From assembly GCF_040938485.1 (NCBI RefSeq), contig NW_027271492.1:1550001-1614000 (forward strand): a stretch of 64,000 bases of DNA. Reading direction: 5' to 3'. Position 1 is the first letter of the stretch; each line of letters opens with the position of its first letter. The position numbers were made by a program, and so were the translations under genes. Positions 34,832-46,900 of the stretch are shown piece after piece. The notes under the pieces are model-generated. The model did not search any database. It was given only the letters and a program-made list of their open reading frames with translations, and was not told the origin of the DNA. This DNA comes from Diadema antillarum (lineage: Eukaryota).

Positions 34832-34924
34832 TCAGTGTGTCGGTATCTTGTCGACTTCACCAAGGTCCGTGAAGGGCTGGTCGTTGAGGGAATATTGCAT
34901 TTTGAATCGTAATCGGATCTTATC
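34832..34924 (-). CDS. GGA: GGA last coding exon (DKIRLRFKMQYSLNDQPFTDLGEVDKIPTH*)
   Basis: CCACAG acceptor, TGA at 34834-34832. Confidence 0.93.
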   Translation of the reverse strand, partial: DKIRLRFKMQYSLNDQPFTDLGEVDKIPTH

Positions 34925-37900
34925 CTGTGGAATATGAGAAATGAAATAGAGATAGCAGGAGAAAATTTTGGTTAGGATTGGAACTCTTTCTTTTTTTTTT
35001 AACACTCTTCCATTTTCAATTTGTAGCTGTGGCCTTTACTTACTTATAACAACTTCACACCAATAAACAATGTATTACGAAATAGCCAAATGGATCAAGT
35101 GTGAAGCAAGAGGCACACTATTGGTTATCATGTACACTTTGTGCAAAGAAAAAAAATCCTAATATCTCCTGTAGACAAAATCATAATAGCCTTATCAGAC
35201 ACCATCTGCATCTTCATACAGAAAGAACAATAAATTGACATTTTGTACATGAATCATATAATTATGTTTGTTGCGATATACCTTTTGCTTTAAAAAAAAA
35301 TGGAGCCATACTTTCGTACCTAACAGCCTAAACTGGAGACAGTATGAGAAAATTGCTCTTCTACAGTTAATAATGGTTCAACATAACTACATTCACTGGT
35401 GTTTAGAACAACTTCATTCAAATCTGAAATTGAGAAAAAAACAGTTTTTTCTCTCTTTTTTTTTTCCTGGTGCAGATTTGTGTGTGGGCATGTGTGTAGT
35501 ACTGACATAGTTTCCAGTGAGTTTGAATTCTTACCTTATTAGGGTTGGCTAGGAGCATGACCTGGGTAATGGCTGATGGAGGGAGGATGGGGTTGTACGC
35601 TGGAAGATCGGTGGCCGAGGGGGGCTGGAGCTTGACCCTCATCGTCTGAAGATGCAAAGAAATAAAAAAACAACATAAAATCTGGACGACTCCTCGGTGA
35701 CTAAAACACTATCAGCTTGTGTCAACAGCAATACATATGCTGCTGATGATGATGANNNNNNNNNNNNNNNNNNNNNNNNNNNNNNNNNNNNNNNNNNNNN
35801 NNNNNNNNNNNNNNNNNNNNNNNNNNNNNNNNNNNNNNNNNNNNNNNNNNNNNNNNNNNNNNNNNNNNNNNNNNNNNNNNNNNNNNNNNNNNNNNNNNNN
35901 NNNNNNNATCGTCATCAGCAGCAGCAGCATCAGCAGCATCACCGTCATCACCATCATCATCACAATCACCTTTATCATCATTATCATCATCATCACCAGC
36001 AGCAGCAGCAATAGCAGTATCACCATCATCATCATCACCATCATCACCTTTATCATCNNNNNNNNNNNNNNNNNNNNNNNNNNNNNNNNNNNNNNNNNNN
36101 NNNNNNNNNNNNNNNNNNNNNNNNNNNNNNNNNNNNNNNNNNNNNNNNNNNNNNNNNNNNNNNNNNNNNNNNNNNNNNNNNNNNNNNNNNNNNNNNNNNN
36201 NNNNNNNNNNNNNNNNNNNNNNNNNNNNNNNNNNNNNNNAAGAACAACACAATAATACAACTAGAGACATGTATGAGTTTAAGAGTCTATCTCCAGTCAG
36301 AGAGAGATAGAGAGAGACCATACATGTTTTTAACTGGAATAATTGATAATCATTGTTCTTTTTATATTCACTTCTACATTCTCGGTCTCACAGTGCTACA
36401 TGCTTACATAACAAAAGCTGGATTTCATACACTATCACAAAGCAATGTCATATCGTCGCTTGGGTGACAAGACCTCGTATCTACAAAATATCAAATGTTC
36501 AGGAGAGCCAAAAAACGTGGCGGCCACAGCACTATAGCAAATGGGAGAGCCTTTCCTTTGATATGCCGTGGTGGCTTCATTTTTGGAGTAAGACAGTTGG
36601 GATATGGACAGGACATCACTCAACCCATTATTTGACCATTAATCCAAAAGAGTCATTTTCACTAAAATTGCAGATACAAGGTCTTGTCACCCCAGCGACG
36701 ATATCAATCATAAGAGAATTGCCACCTTTGGAACAGCAGCCTGAAACATGAGATTCTTGAGGGGCGACGTGTTGGTGCTCATGGTTGAGACGACAATAAC
36801 GACAATGTCCGGCCTTGGCGAATCTTTGCCAAAATGGAATACCGTCTTGACGTTATTCTTCTCGTAGGCTGTTACTGGTGCCACAGAACCTGTGATAATA
36901 TGATATGAAAACAAAAATGTTTGTGTGAAGACTTACTACTCCAGTCTTATCAAGTGCTGTTTTTGTTTATGTGTACTTAAAAAAAGAAGGTAAAAACATC
37001 TCCACATGAAAGGGATTAAACAAAAGCAAAGATAGGGTTCCCTGAAGTGCACAACTCACCTGGTTGTATCGATTCGAGAGGGACAAAGACGTCTGCTAAC
37101 GAGAGGACTGTCTGACTTGCAGGTGATGCTGCTGCAGGCATTGGTTGCTGCTGCTGCTGTGACTGAGTTGCTACCACAGGCGTTGCAACGGTGACATTAG
37201 CTGCAGGGGCTGCTGCCTGGACTGGTGGAGTGGATATGGCTGCAATGGCCGGTGCCTTGGCTGGGGGGGAACCCCCTAGAAAGAGGAGTTGGTCATCACC
37301 AGACGCTGCTGGGGTTGAGTTTGAGTTAGTGGCTGGTGTGACACTAGCATTCCTAGAGAAGAGAAAACAGAAGAGCAAACCCCGAAACAGAAGATTTATT
37401 ACTTAATTTGTTAGGATTATAACATAAATTGTATGACCCAAGATTATTCGTTCAGTTGGGACAGCAAACTACTTCTTTTCATTGGTACTGATATCAAAAG
37501 TTGAGAAATATTTTCAGCGCTTGATGAATCAGTACAATCTTCAAAACACTATTGTTCTAAGAATCTCAGTTATTCTTTTTTTGGCTATAGTCAATGACAT
37601 CTCTACACCTCAGTTTTATTCTTCATCTCGGTCACTTTTGAATATTGATATTTCTTTTGATTGCCTTATTTTTTTTTTCCAACTGCTGCATTTGTGTGTC
37701 TGTATCATATGCATGTGACACAGGTCTGAGTATTTTAACTCTTTGTGAGGCACAGTGTAAACCCCCTGTGTACTGCACTATTCTGAGATTGCAATGTGAG
37801 AGCACTTTTGGAAAACATTCTGTTTTTAAAAGCCATGCAACTTTTTTACAGAAATGGTTGTGCTAGAAATGCAGTATAGCGAAATTGTACAGAAAATTGC

Positions 37901-40900
37901 AAGATTGGCTGTGATGTAAATTTGTAGACAAAGCTATTGCTACTTTTTTCTTGCAAGTGGTAAATATTCAAAACAATTTGGTTTGCACATTGTTGTGCAC
38001 TTGAGCAAAACATGCAAGGTTGGCAAGCCGTTGACTGAGTCAAGCATGCGAACATAGCATACAGAGAATTAAAAGCGGCATACCAATAGATGATAATGAA
38101 AGTGAAACCAGGACGAGGCTAAACAAAACTGAGAAAGGAAGCAATTGGTATGACTTCACCATATCAATGTCCATCAAAAGCCAAGCTTTCATAGATATGT
38201 ACATCATAGTTATAAACCACAGCCAGCACTTACAAGTATTCCCAATACCTTGCAGTGAATAGGTACTGCTGGCTAAGAAAAGCAATAAATGGTACTCGAA
38301 TGTTTCCATCCGTCTCATATGCACACAAAGCTTACAAAATTTCAGTTGTATAACAGGAAAACTTTTTTTTTTCACTTTGCAATACAATTCCATACTTTAG
38401 AGAAAGAAAGAGAGACAGACAGACATAGATACAGACAGACAGACAGACAGACAAATTCTGGTGCAGTACAGTCAAGACAACACGTGACTCACATGAATAT
38501 CTATTTATGGACAAAATGAGATTATGTTGATTCAGCAAAGTCAAGCTTACTATTTAATATTCAGACCACATGACAGTTTCTTAAAGACTCTGCACAATGG
38601 CATGCTGTTTCTTCAGTGTTCCTAGGGAAAACTTTTCCGCTGTAAGTCTATAAGAAACTGTCACTACACTAGATAATTTCCCACTTGATTCTCATTCATG
38701 CATGACACTGCCAAAGTCCTAATGTATACTTTGGTTTGGGGGATGTGAATTTTAGCGCGAAACAAAAGGGTAAGGCTTGAAAATGCCAATAGCTCAGATT
38801 GGTCAGTGCTGCATCCTCTGTCTGTCTATTTGTCTCCCTATCCCTCTCTCTTTAATTAGTCCTTTTTTTTTCACTTTTTCATGTCACATATTTGCGATGT
38901 TTTTGTATTCTCTATTTGGCTTTTGCAAACTTGAACAAAATTGCACGGACTTGTTGAAGAACAGCCTGTGGCTGAAACAAGTGACCGTGTGGAAATAAAA
39001 TAATGAATGAATGAATGAATGTGGAAATGCACATTAAACCCTGAATTTTAAATGCTTAACTATTTATATCTTACTCTTCTTTTGCTTTTGGTTTGATCAT
39101 CCCCCTCCCTAAAGACTCGAGGTCGGCAAAGGCGTCGGATGAGATGGCCGGGGTGGCCGGCTTGCTATTTGAGGACGAAGATGATGTTGCATTCTGAGAG
39201 CTGCGCATGAAAGAGGAAACAGGACGAAATATGAGATGGAATGATGCCCATGCATGGAATGCCAAAAATACTAAGAAGACTGGAGTGCATAAGATTGATA
39301 TGAAGTCATACCATGCCTCATGAGAATTCAAGCCACATAATGTCACACAGAGAAATAGAATATTTGGCCTATATGTGAGAGCTAAAATGATAGCAACCCA
39401 TATTTTGAAGAGTGCTTGTCTGAGAGAATCATAGATAACAATTCCGACGACACACTTTCAATCTTTTCATGCCATACGCAATGAACGAACATCTTATAAA
39501 ACCTTTTCAAAGCACAAAACTTTATGACATGATACAATCTGAGATGAAAAGCCTCCAACACCTTTTCCCTGTCTAGATTACTACAAAAAGGTTTGGAAAA
39601 TGACATGTAACTGAGGAAAGAATTTTGTCTACTTCTCAAAGTTAAAAGGCTGTATGATCAGGAGAAATTTCTATCAGGACTAAAGTTTGCAGGACACTTT
39701 GGAAAATTTGCAAATGCAAGGCTGTCTTTCAAAGAATGCATTCTTGAGCAATACTTGAGCTTTCATAATTTGAGTGCACATAGCACTTTACTGAGGAACT
39801 ATCTCTTTGTGCATATATGACAATTTTCTAAAATGAAAAACAAAAATGATGAAAAATCACTCTCTTCAAAGCGTTCATCAATATGCTACTTCATTCTAAT
39901 TTCTCGAATAATTCTCCACATAAAACTTCTCTTGGGCAGACTACAGACATACTCAAAGCAATATGAGATAAGGTGAAAAAATGTCGCTTTCAATTGTTTC
40001 AGGTAATAAGTGCAAAAAGATAGAAGAGACTGATTTCTCATCACTTTGCAAGGCTGCGAATTCACTCATAGTTTCTCTCTCTCTATTCTTCTTCTTCGTT
40101 GTCTTGTTCTTCTTCTTCTTCTCCTCCTTTTTCTTCTCTGTATCATACTTAGAATGCAAGGTTTCGTTTTTTTGCCTACTCAGAAATGAAATAAATGAAC
40201 ACAATGAATCGATGAAATGAAGTTTACAGTAAAGGAATGGAGTACCTCATAGATTCATTTGCAGAAAAATGATTACGAGATGAAACAGAAAAATCCCAGA
40301 AGAATAGACAAATACAAAAAAAAACCACAATTGGATGGACAGCACACCTTGCAACTGTTGTGGGCTGCGTGGGGAACACTGACGTCACTTGTCCCGTCAC
40401 CATGGGAACCCGCTGCTGCTGCTGCTGCATCATTGGAAACCCAGGGGTCATTCCCATCATGCCCATGGCTGGAGGTCGCATAGAGGGCGCCATTTGGGCC
40501 ATCTGTTGCTGCTGCATGATCAGCTGCTGCTGCTGTACATTGGGGAACATTGTAGGCATCGTCTGCATAGGAAATACATTGTGACAAAATGAATGACAAC
40601 TTGAATGCTACATGCTTTGGGAAAGACGAATAGAGAAAAGAAACACATTAAATTTTGGCTAGTATGCAAAAGCTGTACATTTTTGCACATTTCACAAGTC
40701 AACTGATATTCAGGAAATTAACAAGCCACAAAAACACTGCTTCCCATGACAAAAATGAAATGCATGTCTGTTCTATAGCAGAACTTTTTGCTTGAAACCT
40801 CTTGATACTTATTTCTCGTATTGTCCCAACAGTGCTTCATTGTGAATGTAACCATTTGCAAGTTTGTCTATATACAATTCCTGATTTGTGAAATATTATG

Positions 40901-43900
40901 CTTGCAAACTGTAAATCATTTATTGTGAAAATACTCAATTCAAATAAGATGACTGCCTTCATAATACCTCATATAATAGAAGGCAGTTATGGATGACCTC
41001 AAAATATATTTTTCTTTTTAAATCAAAGTCTTATTTTGCTATTTTCTGATGAAGTAGGTTTTAACTTGGTTGTTTGTTATTAAAGGCATTTTACAGTGCA
41101 TGTCCCTCATAGCTCCGATGCCGTCATGTTAAATCTCACCAATTGTGGTATGGGCTGGCTGTTTGCTAGTGAGTTGAAGGTCTGTGTTGGAGGGACCTGG
41201 GGCTGTTGTTGCTGCTGTGGTTGTGGTACGTTGATGGGGTCTGGCCCGAGAAGCTTGTCCAAGTCTGACGAACTCGTCGGCTGGACCACTCTGTTGGCAG
41301 ACTGACCATTGTCCAAGCCTGAATCACAAGTAGAGGCACGATCAGTGAGAGGGGAATACATGCTGACTTCTCTTAGATTTTTACATGTCCTATCAGAAAG
41401 CAAGTTACCATGGGACCAAGGATTTCAAGTTCCCCCTAATGGTTAAAGGAATGAGGATAGGGTGATTTGCCTGAGGGTTGCTTGTGGGTATCACTGCTGT
41501 CAACAGTAGGCTTTAAATATGGACTTTAAACTAAAGAGTTCATGGTCATATCCGAGCCATAAAGCAACTCTCCAAATATGCAATTTATGTCACAATACTT
41601 TGATTTCATCACCATAATCTTCATTATCATCATTGTTTTCCTCCTCATTTTGTGTCCATTCCACTTGTACTTATGTCGGAAGTCAAAGATGATGATGAAT
41701 CTTCCACTATGACTTTATAGTGTTATGAACTCAAATCCTCAGAAAGTGTGCTCTTCTTGCCCTCCCCCCACTCAAACTCTAATCATATCTACAACCACGA
41801 CTACAACCACAACTGCAACCCCCACCCCAACCACAACCACACAAATACCAAACTGCAACCACAACCACACAAAACCCAAACCACAACCACAAAGGAAACC
41901 CATGACACAACCACACTACCATAACCAGAGAATGATCGCATTTACCTAGTGATGATAGCTGAGATTCAAGGAGTGCGGCGGAGTCTTGGGCTTGAGATGG
42001 TTGAGATGGGTCCGGTGGTTTGGGCAGCGTTGGGATCGACTGCTGCTTGACGGGACTGGTGCCAGCAAAGTCGATCAGCTTGCTCCCTGCACGGACAAAA
42101 TACATAATGCATACACGTATGCCCTTTGGCCCGAATTCACGAAGATGGTACAATCTTTGTCCATGGTCTGACCGTAGTTTTGTATGGGGCGCCAAGTGTC
42201 GCATGGCTTATTTCGTTTAGAAATCAGTCACTTTGTTGACCAACGAAATATTCATTTCTTTACGAAATGTTAACATTTTGTCGATGAAATCATAATTTCA
42301 TCCACGAAATGGCCATTTCGTCTACAAAATGACTGATTTCGTAATGAAATAGGCCATGCGACACTTGGCGCCCCATACAAAACTACAGTCTTTGTCCATG
42401 GTTTAAACCATGGACAAAGATTGTACCACCTCAGTGAATTCGGGCCTTTGAGATTATAATGGACATCAGGTTACTTCTCTACCGTGCTTCATGCTACAGC
42501 TCTGTATGCTGCTGTTTTTACATTACTGTCAATATGCAAAAATTTCATATGCTTCACATTTTATTTCCCTGCTGATACATATTCACATATGTACACTGTT
42601 TTTTTGGTTTTTTTTAATTTTCTCTTTTTCCTAATAGAGCATTCCCTATACAAAATAGAGCCTTTGGAATTTAGATTTTTATTTGTGGATTTGTCTACAG
42701 AAAGGATGTTTACGGAATATAGAGATGAAGAAACTGGGTGTATGCTCATCCAGATGATTCTCTATCATACTCGAAACAAACATTACAGTCTTAGATTCTT
42801 TTAATTTAATATGGCTTGTATAACATATCTGTGTATTTTCGCATCTGAAGAAATATTATTTGACTTTAGACAACTCCAAATCACTAGATGATTGGTTATT
42901 TCCTCACACAGTTCCACATTAACCCGTTGAGGACAAGTCCCAAGTATACTCGGGCAAGTGTCTTTGGAAAATGCGTGTTGTAGCAAAATCAGCCCGCCCT
43001 CAACAGGTTAACATACCAAAGAGGAGTGTATTTTGTGGTGACAAATGTTCTTGACAATTGGCCAAGTACAATCCAAAACTACTTCTGAAGAGATTTAAAG
43101 GCAGACCCACCATCCAGTGTATTTGCTGACGTAGCTGAGGCTGAATTTGTGCTGCTCACATCGCCGAACTTCTCCTTGTACAGCTCCATCACTTTCACGA
43201 CGGAATCGTTGGTTTCCAGAATGTCAGCTGGAAAATACAAGCATAGAAGAAAAAATATAATACACAAAGCAGGCCATGAACTGTCTGAAAGAGAGGTTTT
43301 CCCCAAACAGAGAGAACGACATGGTTCTACAGCACACTTGACACCAGTGGATACTGATCTCTTTAATCTGATTTGTCTTGATAATCAGCCCATGTCAGTT
43401 TAGTATTTACTGGATGAGCATAGACCAGTCTAGTGTATGTAGGAGGCTGCCAACCCTGGTGGCAGTCACTGTACTTTCAATATTGCACCTCTCTTGGCAG
43501 ATGGAGATGTATGTATTTATTTTTTCTTCTCTTTTTTGGTGGGGGGTGGGGGGAGGGGAGGGTTCTAGGCAAATGAGCATGTGACAAAAGAGACTTTTAA
43601 CAATAATATATCTGCCAAGTATTCACTCAAAAGTGCAGGATACTGTTGGAAATCAACTTTCACTTCATATCTCCCTGCTCAAAGTCTTGTTAATGTTTAG
43701 TTTGAACATGCTGATCAGATCTATTGTGTTTTGTTGTTGTAGTTGCTGCATTTAATGACATCACATGAGAATCATGTGCTAGCATGTGTTTTCACTGTAA
43801 GTGGCTTGTTGATGAATCTGGCATTTCAAAACATGAAGGGGAGGTCAAGAAGGCTCTCTTCACTTTTTACTTCCACAAGTGAATATAAAACACAGCATAT

Positions 43901-46900
43901 TGGGGGGGTCATGTCTTATATTCCAATACAAATTTAGAGGTTACCAAGAAGGCTTACAAATGAAGGTTACTCCAATAAAAATATTTCTTATCAATATGAA
44001 GCAAGCATGACAATTATAACAATTATGACANNNNNNNNNNNNNNNNNNNNNNNNNNNNNNNNNNNNNNNNNNNNNNNNNNNNNNNNNNNNNNNNNNNNNN
44101 NNNNNNNNNNNNNNNNNNNNNNNNNNNNNNNNNNNNNNNNNNNNNNNNNNNNNNNNNNNNNNNNNNNNNNNNNNNNNNNNCACAGCACAATACACATTTG
44201 AACAGTTTCATAATGCTTGACAAAATTAGTATTACTATAACTTGCTAATGCATACTTATTATTACTATTTTTGATCCATTATCTTTTATTTCTTATTCTT
44301 TTTCATGCTCCCTTTTTGCCTCTGCCATAATGACTATGAATACTTAACGACAAATAAATCTAAATCAGCAATAACAATAATACCTATTAGATTGCCAGAA
44401 AGAACAAAGAGACAGTCAATAGGACTCACCGATGCAGTCGTCTTTCTCATCAGCATCACTGGCCAATCTGAAAAGGCTAGGTCTCATTCTCTCGCAAGTA
44501 AGGTATAACTCCTTTGGGGAGGGAGGGAGAAGATATGGATAGATTGATCAATAGATAGATAGATAGGAGAGAAAGATAATAGAAAGAAAGACACACATAT
44601 GGATGGACAGATAGATGATTTGTTGATATTTGGTGGTTCTTGAAACTTCATACACACCAGTGATGAACTATGCTGTTAGTATATGTTTGATTCTTTAAAT
44701 TGCCATACAGTTCAAAGTTTATCATGGCATTTGTCTCACACAATCACTGTTTACATTTGTCTCCTGATCCCATGACCACTGCCTCCCCCCCCCCCCCCCC
44801 CCACTGAGAGGAAACATGCCAGCCTGTCCTCAACTTCAATATTTAGAAATAAGTGGGGGAAAACAATGCAAAAATAGTCACTCTCACCCACGTCTCATAC
44901 ATATTTATCATTAGGTGTTTACAATAACGGGAATACTGCATTGATTAAAGCTTCTTATTCAAAAGAAAAAAAGAAAACAAATAGTGCTATTATATATGAA
45001 TACTGTAAAAGTGGATATTTTCGCGTGACTAATTTTTCGCGCTAGGCCGGGTCAGAAGAGTTTCGCGTGTTTTTAATTCCGCAGAATCAAGACATCACGC
45101 ACAGGAACGTATGGCAAGCAAAAATATTCGCGTGTTTTTATTTTCGCGCTAGTTTCTGGTTGCGCGAAATGCGCGAAAATTTCAACACCGCGAAAATTTT
45201 CACTTTTACAGTAGTTGGTAGGTGTGAGAGAAGGAGGGGCTAAAATGGGTGTGGTCCGTGCCCTTGGTCGCTCTCCTCCCCATCACCCCCCTCACCTTCA
45301 TCAGCTCCTTCTCCTCGGGGCTGGTGGAGCCTTCCCTGTAGTGGGCCAGCATCTCATTCAGCAGCTTGACGTTGTTGTTGCAGCTCTCCAGCTCATTGGT
45401 CCGCCTCGACACCTTCTCCATCCTCTTCTGATCCTCCTTCACCATGTTCTTGATGAGACGGTTGGCGGCCTGGAGGTCCTCCGGATGTTTGCTCTTCAGT
45501 AGCCGCGCCAACAGCTGTGAGCAGGAGAATGTTTACTGTATTGTCATGTTTTGTAATGTGCTGTATTGCATTCTTACACTAGATGTTAAAAAAGAAGGTA
45601 GCTGCAAAGGTACAGTTTGTTACACAAAAATTACATTAATAGCACATTCACAATCACATCATAATAATGATGATTTCACTTTATGGTTTTCAAAATCAGA
45701 TGCATTGTTTCACTAGAATCACCTGAGAAATCATATTTCATTCTACAGTTATTCATTTTTTATTTCATTATTGAGAATTATAAGACTAGAGAAGAGTTCT
45801 GGTATCTTGGAAAGCTAGGAGAGACAAATATTGTAAATGACAAGTTTTCTCACCTTTACAAACCAGAGATCACTGTTTACCATCTAATTTTCATTGTCTT
45901 ACATTTTTATATCAATTTCCTCTCACACATTTGATTTTAAGAGTCATGCTGGACACTCTTCAAGGAGTACAGTATAAGTTAGTACAATTTTTTGCAATAA
46001 TATCTAAACCTGTTGAGTATTACTTTCCTAAAGATAATATGATGAGTATTCCAAGCATGTTCTGGAGAAAATACAATCTACACTTTGCATGGAAGAGAAT
46101 GGTATACTGGTAATTAGTCCCGTTTTCTGGTTTACAAACCTTTGATTTTTCCTCGTCTTCAAACTCAGCCATTCTGGGCTTTGGAGGAGCAGCAGGGAAA
46201 AGATCCTTGTCCAGATATGTAGGATCCTCTTTTATCAAGCCTGGAGGGAAAAAGGAAAACCAATCCAAAGTAACCGTACAGGACACATAATCTATGAATA
46301 TACGCATATAGACACTGCAGTAGTCCCTATCTGCATATTGAAGAAACGAGTGCCAGAAGGATGAAAATAAACAAATCAGGTGAAATATCACAACACGAGC
46401 TCTGTCATTTTGCCTTTGAATTTAATTTTACACATTTTTGAGCTAGAGGTGGCTGAAGAATGCCTATGATTTTAAGGGTGTTGGTATTTCAAAGAACTTG
46501 AAGTACCATGAACAACTTTAATTTTTAGAGATAGACAATATTAGATGTTAGAGATAGACAATATTAGATGAGATAAAACCGAAAATTACCGAATGTTTCC
46601 TGGAGATGAAAATTTCTTTTAAACATTGCAACATTTCATTCCACATAGATCATAGAGGGACTGTCGCTTTTAAACAAACATACTCAACTGTGCACTTGGT
46701 CACTTTTACTTTCATTTTCATTCTGAGTACAGTACTCTCCGCGTAATCGGGTATCGCTTAAACGGGTACTCCGTTTAATTGGGTAGTAATGTTAAAATCA
46801 GTTCCAATGCACATTAACTTTACCTGACAATCGGGTTGCCTCTCCGCATAAATGGGTAAATAATGTTCTTCTAATATAATTTCCTACCCACATTTTATCG

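Noticed and set aside
35697-36321. Poly-His, poly-Ile and poly-Asp ORFs
   Set aside because: Artefacts of (CAT)n microsatellite and N-gaps inside a GGA intron; the same applies to ORFs crossing the gaps at 6198, 9600, 44031 and 55173.
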